A DNA stretch of 32,360 nt from a virus (lineage: Duplodnaviria; Caudoviricetes), in the IMG/VR virus record IMGVR_UViG_3300027819_000042, positions 1-32,360 of that record; one strand, given 5' to 3'. The number at the start of each line of letters is the position of its first letter. The stretch's first letter is position 1. Positions 15,007 through 23,503 of this stretch are shown here, in pieces. The translations under genes were made by a program, and so were the position numbers. The notes beneath the pieces are model-generated. The model was not told the DNA's origin, did no database searches, and worked only from the letters and a program-made list of their open reading frames with translations.

Positions 15007-15035
15007 GCCCTGATAATCTTGGCAGGCTTTTTTTT
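14998..15035 (+). terminator. Intrinsic terminator
   Basis: GCCTGTCAAG / 10-nt loop / CTTGGCAGGC followed by T8. Confidence 0.8.
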
Positions 15036-15048
15036 CTTATAGGATACT

Positions 15049-15216
15049 ATGAAAAACAAGAAAATATATCGCAGATTATCAAAACAGTTTCAGAAACAGA
15101 TGGATAAAAAACATGAGTTAGATTCGCGGCACGATTGGAAAGTTACGAAAAGAAAACTCAAACGGCAATGGATAGACGGTGCGGATGTAACCCTTGAGAA
15201 GCTGTGGGCAAGGTAG
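15049..15216 (+). CDS. 55-aa basic protein; absent from the ORF track
   Basis: MKNKKIYRRLSKQFQKQMDKKHELDSRHDW...; SD AGGA. Confidence 0.55.
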   Translation: MKNKKIYRRLSKQFQKQMDKKHELDSRHDWKVTKRKLKRQWIDGADVTLEKLWAR

Positions 15217-15218
15217 GT

Positions 15219-15247
15219 TTGACATATTCCTTACTTTGTGGTAGAGT
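15219..15247 (+). promoter_or_regulatory. sigma70-type promoter, near-leaderless start at 15254
   Basis: TTGACA-17-TAGAGT with TGTG extension; spacer resembles that of 5193..5221. Confidence 0.7.
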
Positions 15248-15253
15248 GAGAGC

Positions 15254-15490
15254 ATGACAAAAAAACAACTTCAGGAAGAACAAAAAAGAATTTTAAAAAA
15301 TGACACACAAAGATTAAGGTGTGGTTGTAGGAAAAGAGGTATTAAAATTAAAGTTAAAGAAACACTACATGGACAGTTTGTTGAAATCGTTAGAGAACCA
15401 TTAATGTTTTCTTCCGCGCAAAACAGCGAAACATGTTTTGATAATACACCCAGAGAGATAAATCGTGCTTTTAAGAGATTAGGATTTTAA
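15254..15490 (+). CDS. Hypothetical basic protein
   Basis: ORF track; promoter immediately upstream. Confidence 0.6.
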   Translation: MTKKQLQEEQKRILKNDTQRLRCGCRKRGIKIKVKETLHGQFVEIVREPLMFSSAQNSETCFDNTPREINRAFKRLGF

Positions 15491-15492
15491 GC

Positions 15493-15825
15493 ATGGACAT
15501 CGTAATTAGAAACATGAGAGAAAAATTCTTAGACAGATGCAACATAGCTATTTTGTCTGAAAAGAGCGTGAATATCTTAAGTGAATGTTTGGATTATATT
15601 GAAACAAGAGACCCAAGAGCTATAAGAATTTTGAAATTGAGATATGGGAAAGAACCTAAAACTTTAAAACAGGTAGGCTGCCTTGTTGAAAATAGGCATA
15701 AAGGTAAATATGGAATATGTGCAGAACGGGTAAGAGAGATAGAAGCGAAATGTTTCCGTTGGCTAAAAAAACTTTATATCAAACGTGAAATAGATTTGAG
15801 GCATGGTGGACAATGGACATCGTAA
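15493..15825 (+). CDS. Sigma-70 region-4-like HTH protein
   Basis: RILKLRYG--PKTLKQVG......GICAERVREIEAKCFRWLK, with an insertion in the HTH turn. Confidence 0.8.
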   Translation: MDIVIRNMREKFLDRCNIAILSEKSVNILSECLDYIETRDPRAIRILKLRYGKEPKTLKQVGCLVENRHKGKYGICAERVREIEAKCFRWLKKLYIKREIDLRHGGQWTS

Positions 15826-16229
15826 TTAAAAAAGACGGTAAAGAACTTTCACCGCAGAGTAAGGAAGTGGTGGACTACGGCGCGAAACTACAAAGTAAGA
15901 TACTCTCATTTATTGACACAAAACTCCATTCCTACAATGAGATAGAGTTTCAGGATGATATGGAGAGGTTGCGGTTTGCCAATTCCATACTGAATGAATC
16001 AAGCCCGATGGCAGTGCTTACCGTGCTTCTGTTGCTTGCCACAACGGAACGGGATAGAGTTAAACTTGATGCGGCGCGTGTACTCGGTAATTGGGTAGGA
16101 CTTGAGAAGACGGGTAACATGGGCGTTGTAGTGAACCTATCGGAACTATCAGGGGATGAAATACGCGGTGAAATTGTGGACATGAAAAGTGAATTTAATA
16201 CCGACAGAGATAAGCCAACAGAAACTTGA
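15813..16229 (+). CDS. Probable terminase small subunit
   Basis: Directly precedes terL; AVLTVLLLL...RDRVKLDAAR-L...LSELS-DEI helical pattern. Confidence 0.6.
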   Translation: MDIVIKKDGKELSPQSKEVVDYGAKLQSKILSFIDTKLHSYNEIEFQDDMERLRFANSILNESSPMAVLTVLLLLATTERDRVKLDAARVLGNWVGLEKTGNMGVVVNLSELSGDEIRGEIVDMKSEFNTDRDKPTET

Positions 16230-17634
16230 GAACCAACTTAAGGATTACAGACTCAAAGCAAAACGTCAGTTACTTGAAGACCATCCGCTTCTGAATGTAT
16301 CCTTTGAACGTAACCCACAGCAGATACCCTTCATGGAGAGCAAGACCGCATTTCAAGGCGCTTTCGGCGGCAAACGGTCAGGCAAGACCCGTGCTGGCGC
16401 GATAAAGACGGTTATTCAGTTATTGCCAGCGAACTTCGTACCAAAGAATTTACTGCCATACAAGATGTTCTTTCGTCCCATCCGCGCGCGTGTATGCTGT
16501 ATCAATTACGCGGCAGGTATTGAGAAAATTATCCGTCCGAACATTGACGCGCTTCTTCCGGCTGCTTACAGGCGATGCTGGAAGGAAAAGACACGCACGT
16601 ATGACTTGCCGAATGGAAGTCTCCTTGAGCTTCTCTCCTACCAGCAGGAACGCAAGGACTATGGTGGTGTGTCCTGTGATTGGATATGGGACGATGAAGA
16701 GCCGCCAAAGGAACTCCACGATGAGAATTTAGCAAGACTCATGGACACAAATGGGATAATGATAACCACAATGACGGCAGTGGAAGGTATGAGCCATCTT
16801 TACTTTGAGTTTATTGATAACCCATCACCAGACTATTCGTTCTTCTATTTTGACACAGAAGAGAATAGACACCTTGATAAAAATTCCATTGCCCGCATGA
16901 CGCAAGGTATGTCAGAGGAAGAGAAACTTGTGTCGCTTAAAGGACATGCCATAACGCATAGTTTTATGGTGTTTGGTGAGTGGCGCGATGTTGTCCATGT
17001 TCACAAAGATATTGCTCCGATACCAGACGATTGGCTTCTTGTATCCGTTACCGACCCGCATCCGCAGACCCCGACGTGCACATTGTGGTTTGCGATAAAC
17101 CCTGACGGAGATATTTTTCAAGTGGATGAACTCATGCAGGGCGGACTGCTTGCAAGTGAGTATTGCCAGCAGATAAAAGACAGGGAAGCGAACTACTTAA
17201 AGCATGAAGCGGATTTACGGCTCATTGACCCTGCATCCCATCAGAAGAACACGATGCTTGCAAGGAACAATTCAGTTCCGGCAAGTATTTACGATGAATT
17301 TTGTGAAGGTGGTATTTTCTGTCTGGACGCGAATAATGACTTTGATTCAGGGATTTTGAAAATGCGAGAGTATCTTCACCCTGCCGACATTTCGGGTAAG
17401 GCGAAACTTCTGGTCTGCGAACGATGCACATACACTATCCGTACTGTGAAGCGGTACATCGGCAAGCCCATTACTGATGGACAAGTGCAGAATAAGATGC
17501 GCCCGAAGATGAAAGACGACCATGCTATGGCGTGCTGGCGGTATTTTGCTAATCAGCAGATAGAGTATTACAATCCTAAAATGGCGGATATTATCCACGA
17601 ACGGAAAGTGAAAGATAAACTTACAGGGTGGTAG
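16189..17634 (+). CDS. terL: Terminase large subunit
   Basis: Walker A GGKRSGKT, Walker B WIWDDEEPP, ITTMT coupling motif, nuclease TDPHP...LIDPA...DDHAM. Confidence 0.93.
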   Translation: MNLIPTEISQQKLENQLKDYRLKAKRQLLEDHPLLNVSFERNPQQIPFMESKTAFQGAFGGKRSGKTRAGAIKTVIQLLPANFVPKNLLPYKMFFRPIRARVCCINYAAGIEKIIRPNIDALLPAAYRRCWKEKTRTYDLPNGSLLELLSYQQERKDYGGVSCDWIWDDEEPPKELHDENLARLMDTNGIMITTMTAVEGMSHLYFEFIDNPSPDYSFFYFDTEENRHLDKNSIARMTQGMSEEEKLVSLKGHAITHSFMVFGEWRDVVHVHKDIAPIPDDWLLVSVTDPHPQTPTCTLWFAINPDGDIFQVDELMQGGLLASEYCQQIKDREANYLKHEADLRLIDPASHQKNTMLARNNSVPASIYDEFCEGGIFCLDANNDFDSGILKMREYLHPADISGKAKLLVCERCTYTIRTVKRYIGKPITDGQVQNKMRPKMKDDHAMACWRYFANQQIEYYNPKMADIIHERKVKDKLTGW

Positions 17635-17740
17635 TTGGGTTTAGTAGGTTCTACAAGTAATTACTAACTTTTACCAGCTTTTACAAGTGTTTAGCAGGTT
17701 TTAACGGAGTTTACAAGTAAACACTTGACTTTAGTATGTT
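17621..17740 (+). repeat. Degenerate 10-bp-period tandem array (consensus about TTAcaagNtt)
   Basis: Successive 10-mers: ttacagggtg gtagttgggt ttagtaggtt ctacaagtaa ttactaactt ttaccagctt ttacaagtgt ttagcaggtt ttaacggagt ttacaagtaa [acacttgact] ttagtatgtt. Confidence 0.75.
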
Positions 17741-17753
17741 TGTGTGCTATATA
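17725..17753 (+). promoter_or_regulatory. sigma70-type promoter ahead of the structural genes
   Basis: TTGACT-17-TATATA with TGTG extension. Confidence 0.7.
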
Positions 17754-17788
17754 TAAATTCAGGAAATAAAAAAAAGCAAGGAGGCAAT

Positions 17789-18184
17789 ATGTCAACTTTT
17801 GATTTTACTTATGATTGGTCGCAGTTGAACATTGGTGCGGCACAGGCTGAAGCCCCTATGTTTCTTGAACCTACTGGGGAATTCGGTAATGCAACTGCAC
17901 CACGAAGGGGGAGTGTCATACTTATGACAGTAGATTTGTCAGCTACTATTACTAATGGAACATTGACTATCCGTATCAAACGCAAGAATGACTCGTCTCT
18001 TCTTGATACAATTACAATGAATGTTAATGAAACATCGGGGAGAATATTTAGACCCGAAGGTTCAAGGGTTATCAAGCCTGGCGATGGAATTATCGTTACC
18101 GCGCAAACGAATGCTGCTTTTCTTCCAGTAGGGACGCTTGATGTAGCTGTGAGAATTGGCGTTAAATACGACATAACGAATTAA
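17789..18184 (+). CDS. Beta-rich putative virion protein
   Basis: Start moved to ATG 17789 (SD AAGGAGG). Confidence 0.65.
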   Translation: MSTFDFTYDWSQLNIGAAQAEAPMFLEPTGEFGNATAPRRGSVILMTVDLSATITNGTLTIRIKRKNDSSLLDTITMNVNETSGRIFRPEGSRVIKPGDGIIVTAQTNAAFLPVGTLDVAVRIGVKYDITN

Positions 18185-18197
18185 CACGGAGGTTTAA

Positions 18198-20657
18198 ATG
18201 GGTTCTCTTGATAAGTCAAGTCTTGACTTGGCGCAACAGGATGTTGTTTTAGGTGAGACGGTAAACATACAAGATAATGAAATTGTTTTAAATTCCAATG
18301 TAACAGGCACACCCACTGAAAGTGGTGGCGTTCGCATTGAACGCGGTTCTTCTGTAGATGCAAGACTTCTATGGGATGAAGTAACCGATACATGGAAGGC
18401 AGGGCTTGTTGGGAGTGAAATAGAAATTGGTTCAGGTGGTTTGTCTGTCAATACAAAACAGTGGTTTGTGGACGCCAATGGAAATGATACCACCGGTACG
18501 GGCACTGAGGAAAAACCTTATCTTACATTACAAAAAGCGCATGATATGGCGGTAGCCGGAGATGCAATAAATCTTGGTGTCGGGAATTTTGGCGGACTTA
18601 CAACAGCTAAAACTTTAAGTGTGCGAGGTATAGATTTTACAGTGTCCGCTATATCTTCTGTGATTGTATCTACACCAGATTTCGTTGCTTTTGATGGGGT
18701 GTTTATAAGAGCTACGGGTGGCATAGCGGCGACAGCAATTACAATAAATACTGATTCATTCGTAATTTTTAATAACTGTGCCATAGAGACAACGAATTTT
18801 GCCGCATCCCGTAATATAGTTGTTACAGGCGCTGGCTCTGGATGTGCTATTTTATATTCCACAAATATAAATCCGATTCCATCACAAGTTAAAGATATTG
18901 ATGTTTTAAATGGGGGAAAATTACAAATCGCAGGAAGTATTCTTAATGGTGTAAACATTGACGTTACATCCACATTTGAACATCTTGCGAGTTCATTTAA
19001 TAGAGCAAATTCAAGTATTCTTGGGACGGAACTTCGTGATGATGAAGCAAGTCAGATTAAAAATGTTCCCGCTGGTGGCATTGCCGCAACAGATGTTCAG
19101 GCTGCAATCAATGAACTTGACACGGAGAAGTACGCAAAGACAGGCGGGACAATTACAGGCGCAGTTAATGTACAATCCGCTAACCCTGAAATCAAGCAAA
19201 CAGTAACAGGTGGGGAAAGTATAATTGGAACGAAAGCTACGTTATCAAATAAATATACACTCACTGACAGAGTGATGAAAGCGGCTGGCGTGGGTGGTGC
19301 GTTAAGTTTTGATGGTATAAATGATTATGCGGAAACATCTACAATACCATCCTATTTTGCAAGCACAGACGATTGGAGTATTGATGGTTGGGTGAAATTC
19401 ACATCTGCTGTTGGTGATGGATGGTTTGCAAGCATCGGCGAAACAGGAAGTGTTGGAGTCAGTCTTGCGCGTGCAACAGGAAATAGATTGGATTTATTTG
19501 TTGCGAACACGGCAGGGAACTACAATGAATCAGTAACTTTTAATGCTGCCACATGGTACCATGTTGGCGTAACTTTTAATGGTACGTCAAAAATAGCTAA
19601 GTTATACTATCAAGGTTCGCAGATTGGTGGAAATAAAACAGTAACGCAAACATGGGGTGGCACAACAGCTAAAATAACTATTGGTAATCGTAGTGGATTA
19701 GCTGGATTTTTAGATGGGAGTCAAGACGAAACCCATACTTGGAACAAAGAACTTTCTGCTGCGGAGATGCTATCGCTTTATAATTCAGGTGCAGGTAGAT
19801 ATGTTAATGTTGGCGAGTCTGGTCTTTTATATGGCTGGCACATGGATGAAGGTATCTTGGAAACAGCAAATGACTTTTCAGGAAATGGAAAACATTTGTC
19901 ATTGATAAATGGGCTAACATGGGGAACGGGTATTGTGCCTGTTACTGCTGGCATCGTTGATACGACAGTAATAACAAGTGAGGATGGAACATCTGTAAAT
20001 GAAGAAGGTAAAAAAACTTACGGACATTGCAACGGTGAAACGAAATTACAAGGTAAAACTATAAAACATTGTATCAATGGTGTCGTCAAAGAATTAACAG
20101 ATTTAACAGGTCAAGTGTTTGGTGATAATCTCACAAAAGACGCATCGGCGATTATGCAATGGAATTCGGTAACGCAGGGGATTCTAATACCAAGAGGCAC
20201 AACAGCTCAACGAAATGCGATTATAACACCTGCAACAGGACTTGAATTATACAATACGACAACGCAAGCACTTGATTATTTTGACGGAACTGTGTGGCGT
20301 CCTGTACTATCATCCCCTAAATGGTCTGCTGCTAAAATCTATTCACAGCAAGCGGGTCCGCTTCCACTTTCAACATCCTTCACATCTAATGGCGGAACGG
20401 TCATTCTTGCCGTATCGGGTTCAGCATTTCATTCGGTAGCCGGAAGTTTAATTCAGGTCAATGTGAATGTGGATACAATTTTAAAAGGTTCATTGAAGCG
20501 ATATACCAATGAGGCAAATTCTCATAAGACACTTGTGAGCACTGTTGTGATAACAGGTCTTACTGCTGGTTCGCATACACTTGAATTAGCTTTAGTAACA
20601 GGTTCAACAGACGTGCAAGATTATTTTGATGTGTCAGTCAATGAGTTACCATTTTAA
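18198..20657 (+). CDS. Mosaic fibre/spike-like virion protein with LamG (concanavalin A-like) domain
   Basis: VDANGNDTTGTGTEEKPYLTLQKA (start of beta-helix-type domain); IAATDVQAAINEL; ALSFDGINDY...WYHVGVTF...LSAAEM--LY (LamG); GILIPRGTTAQRNAI--PATGL-LYNTT. Confidence 0.8.
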   Translation: MGSLDKSSLDLAQQDVVLGETVNIQDNEIVLNSNVTGTPTESGGVRIERGSSVDARLLWDEVTDTWKAGLVGSEIEIGSGGLSVNTKQWFVDANGNDTTGTGTEEKPYLTLQKAHDMAVAGDAINLGVGNFGGLTTAKTLSVRGIDFTVSAISSVIVSTPDFVAFDGVFIRATGGIAATAITINTDSFVIFNNCAIETTNFAASRNIVVTGAGSGCAILYSTNINPIPSQVKDIDVLNGGKLQIAGSILNGVNIDVTSTFEHLASSFNRANSSILGTELRDDEASQIKNVPAGGIAATDVQAAINELDTEKYAKTGGTITGAVNVQSANPEIKQTVTGGESIIGTKATLSNKYTLTDRVMKAAGVGGALSFDGINDYAETSTIPSYFASTDDWSIDGWVKFTSAVGDGWFASIGETGSVGVSLARATGNRLDLFVANTAGNYNESVTFNAATWYHVGVTFNGTSKIAKLYYQGSQIGGNKTVTQTWGGTTAKITIGNRSGLAGFLDGSQDETHTWNKELSAAEMLSLYNSGAGRYVNVGESGLLYGWHMDEGILETANDFSGNGKHLSLINGLTWGTGIVPVTAGIVDTTVITSEDGTSVNEEGKKTYGHCNGETKLQGKTIKHCINGVVKELTDLTGQVFGDNLTKDASAIMQWNSVTQGILIPRGTTAQRNAIITPATGLELYNTTTQALDYFDGTVWRPVLSSPKWSAAKIYSQQAGPLPLSTSFTSNGGTVILAVSGSAFHSVAGSLIQVNVNVDTILKGSLKRYTNEANSHKTLVSTVVITGLTAGSHTLELALVTGSTDVQDYFDVSVNELPF

Positions 20658-20668
20658 ACAGGATAAAC

Positions 20669-22672
20669 ATGGATAACGCAGATATTCTTGGAGCAGAAGA
20701 AACAACGCCATCGGGCTTGCCTGAAGAAACGGTAAAGGCAATCATAGATGATTTTAATGATAAATTTACTGTGTCTGACCTTTTCAGACAGTTAAACTAT
20801 GAACCTCAATGGCTTGATGTTCAAACGAAATATCGCGTGTGGGTTCAAAATGGAAAGTTAGATGATGATAGAAGCAATTATCAGACCAGCGAACCGTTTT
20901 CTGTTGTTGAACAATGGTCGGCACGTTTGTATCTCACTTTGTTTTCGGGTGGGTTGTTCGCAGGCGTAGCTCCAGCCGATGAAGATGAAGAAGATACCGC
21001 GCCCGTGTTTGAGAAACTCATTGAACGGCAATTTCAGATACAGGAAGTGCCAACAGCCGTAGCGAACACTATTCACAATGCGTGTTTGTATGGATTCGCG
21101 CCAGGAATCATTATACCAGACTACACAACGGCAATGATAGAAGGTGTGCCAACGAGGATATTCACATCACCTAAGTATCTTTCATTAAGACCGTGGTACT
21201 TCTGGTGGGACCCGGAGATAATTGACGGCAATATGAACACGGCGTCTTACCTGATAGACAAATCCATCATGGACAGAAACGATATTTTAAGGATGCACAA
21301 GAACGGTGAGCTTCCTGAACTTGACGTAGATAAACTTAATGATACTGACCTTTATACAGCTAATGAACGTTACGACCTTGACAGAGATTCAACCTCTACA
21401 CAACTTCAACCTGAATCGCAACGCGCAAAGAACGTAAAGAAATATCAGGTTCATAATATGGTTACTCGGTTTGATGTGAATGGGGATGGCGAGGAAGAAG
21501 AAGTCATTATAACCGTACTCAATAAACGGTTGCTTATGCGCGTCATACCGAATTACTACGGAGAGCGTAAATATGGTGAACAACGAGTGGGCGAAATACG
21601 TAAGGGCGAGCACCCTTACACCGCGTTCCGTGTGATGCGCCAACCGAACGAGTTCCCGGGGATTGGTTCTATCCTTGCCGCTAAACATGAATTTGCTGAA
21701 CAGGAAACAATCCATCGTCAGGCTATGGACTCCTCAAGTCTGGCACTTGATAAGATGAAGTACGTGGTAAGGGGTGCAGGAGTGCAAATTGAGAGTCTTA
21801 TGCGAACACGGCCTGGGGGTATTGTGATGATGAACATGAAGGGCGGTGTAGAGGAATCGCAGAATGTTGACATTGCGCCTACAGCATTACAGCGCGAGGC
21901 TGTAGCGGAACGCAACACGTCAAAAGTAACAAGTATCTGGCCTATTATGACGGGTGAATCCTCGCAACGGCGTGAAACTGCAACTACGAACCGTCAACAA
22001 GATGCAACGGGTAACATGCGTATTCAAGCTGATATTTTAAAAACGAACAACGATTTTATTATTCCCTTCATGTGCAAGTGGCGGAATCTTAACAAGAACT
22101 TTCTTCAAGTACCGGAGGTTGTTTATCTCGCAGGCAGAGCAAAGGGCGAACAGTGGGTCAAAATATCAAGCGATACCATCGGACAGTATTCATTCGTTCC
22201 TTACGGTACAGTAAACGACCCTGCCAATTCAAAACCCATGCGCCAAAACTCCTTTATGATGTACCGGAAACTTCTTGCTAATAATCCGGCAGTCAATCTT
22301 GCCGAGCTTGATAAGTACGGTCTGAATTTATTTGAAATGCCGCAGAAACTCATTGACAGTATATTCACATCGCCAGAAGCTGAAATAATGAAAGTGTTAC
22401 AGCTTCTTGCCGCACAATCTACGCAAAGTCCAAAAGGATACGACCCGAAAATTGTGCTTGACGGACTCATACAGTATCTACGCACGAAAACACCGAACGC
22501 GCAACTTGCAGGTTTGGGTGTCCCGCCAACACCAACGGAAGGTATCAATACCGAACCCGCTCCGACAGGTAATGAGACTCGCACAACGCAAATGCCGCGC
22601 ACGGCAGAGAATGTAACCGAATCGGCATCGCGTATAGCGGCAGGTGGAGGGAGTAACAATGGCAGAATGTAA
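20669..22672 (+). CDS. Portal protein (P22/podovirus-like)
   Basis: 667 aa; NACLYG, FWWDP, HPYTAFR...PNEFPGIG, RPGGIV, RETATT; lies before scaffold and capsid. Confidence 0.85.
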   Translation: MDNADILGAEETTPSGLPEETVKAIIDDFNDKFTVSDLFRQLNYEPQWLDVQTKYRVWVQNGKLDDDRSNYQTSEPFSVVEQWSARLYLTLFSGGLFAGVAPADEDEEDTAPVFEKLIERQFQIQEVPTAVANTIHNACLYGFAPGIIIPDYTTAMIEGVPTRIFTSPKYLSLRPWYFWWDPEIIDGNMNTASYLIDKSIMDRNDILRMHKNGELPELDVDKLNDTDLYTANERYDLDRDSTSTQLQPESQRAKNVKKYQVHNMVTRFDVNGDGEEEEVIITVLNKRLLMRVIPNYYGERKYGEQRVGEIRKGEHPYTAFRVMRQPNEFPGIGSILAAKHEFAEQETIHRQAMDSSSLALDKMKYVVRGAGVQIESLMRTRPGGIVMMNMKGGVEESQNVDIAPTALQREAVAERNTSKVTSIWPIMTGESSQRRETATTNRQQDATGNMRIQADILKTNNDFIIPFMCKWRNLNKNFLQVPEVVYLAGRAKGEQWVKISSDTIGQYSFVPYGTVNDPANSKPMRQNSFMMYRKLLANNPAVNLAELDKYGLNLFEMPQKLIDSIFTSPEAEIMKVLQLLAAQSTQSPKGYDPKIVLDGLIQYLRTKTPNAQLAGLGVPPTPTEGINTEPAPTGNETRTTQMPRTAENVTESASRIAAGGGSNNGRM

Positions 22673-22928
22673 TTTCATTAAAGTGAGCGGCACACTTGAG
22701 GATGTGAGAGAGATGCGGAGTAATCCTTGCTATCAGGCATGGATGAAATGGATGCAGGATGCAATTTACACTAAAACGCAGGAATGTAAGACGTTCAAAG
22801 ATGAGGAACTTTATCGCTCCCAAGGAGCATGTATAGCATTGGAAACTCTTGCCACGTTCTTAGATGAAGAGGAAGCGAATATAAAACTAAAAATGAAAAT
22901 GGAATCGGAGGCTAAACAAAATGCCTAA
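22659..22928 (+). CDS. Small post-portal protein
   Basis: LYRSQGA--AL motif like small proteins that follow podovirus portals; SD GGAGG. Confidence 0.7.
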   Translation: MAECNFIKVSGTLEDVREMRSNPCYQAWMKWMQDAIYTKTQECKTFKDEELYRSQGACIALETLATFLDEEEANIKLKMKMESEAKQNA

Positions 22929-23085
22929 ACATTCATACCGTCAAGGCGGTAAAGTGGGTAAAGTCATGGGTGAATTTAAGAGAGGCACATTACATTCAGG
23001 TGGCAGTGGTAAAAGGTACCCGAAAGTGAAAGATAAAACTCAAGCTCTTGCAATTGCACTCAATTCCGCGAAAAGGAGAAAATAA
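22921..23085 (+). CDS. 54-aa DUF6496-like basic protein; absent from the ORF track
   Basis: KVGKVMGEFKRGTLHSGGSG...KVKDKTQALAIALNSAKR; SD GGAGG; TAATG coupling downstream. Confidence 0.8.
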   Translation: MPKHSYRQGGKVGKVMGEFKRGTLHSGGSGKRYPKVKDKTQALAIALNSAKRRK

Positions 23086-23489
23086 TGGCAATGAACAGAA
23101 TGGAAATGATGAAGCAGAAGAAAGAGATGGGCATGAAAGGCGGGTCAATTATATCCGCTTTGAGAAATAGTAAAGGAAGTGCGCCAAGCGAAGATGAAGG
23201 TACACAGGAAGATATGACTGCAATGGGAGATACGGGTGGCGGACTTACGCTTACCTGGCCTGTCGGTGAGCTTCCTGAACTTGAAGGCAAAGGTGAGGGT
23301 GATACTGTGGAACTTAAAAACATTCCGCTTGATGTTACCGCTACAGTCGGCGCAACGGAAGGTGGGAATGTTACAATAGCAGTTGATAGTCTTGCGTATC
23401 CAGAGGAATCAGAAGCAACACTTCCAGACGAAGAGAATAAGAAAGTCGCGGAGAATCTTGTAAGTGCAGTCAATAAAAAACAAGTATAA
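23085..23489 (+). CDS. Acidic hypothetical head-module protein
   Basis: ORF track; SD AAGGAG. Confidence 0.7.
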   Translation: MAMNRMEMMKQKKEMGMKGGSIISALRNSKGSAPSEDEGTQEDMTAMGDTGGGLTLTWPVGELPELEGKGEGDTVELKNIPLDVTATVGATEGGNVTIAVDSLAYPEESEATLPDEENKKVAENLVSAVNKKQV

Positions 23490-23503
23490 CAAAGGAGAAT
23501 AAA

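Noticed and set aside
17621-17740. CRISPR mini-array
   Set aside because: Units are 10 bp, degenerate and abutting, with no unique spacers and no cas genes.
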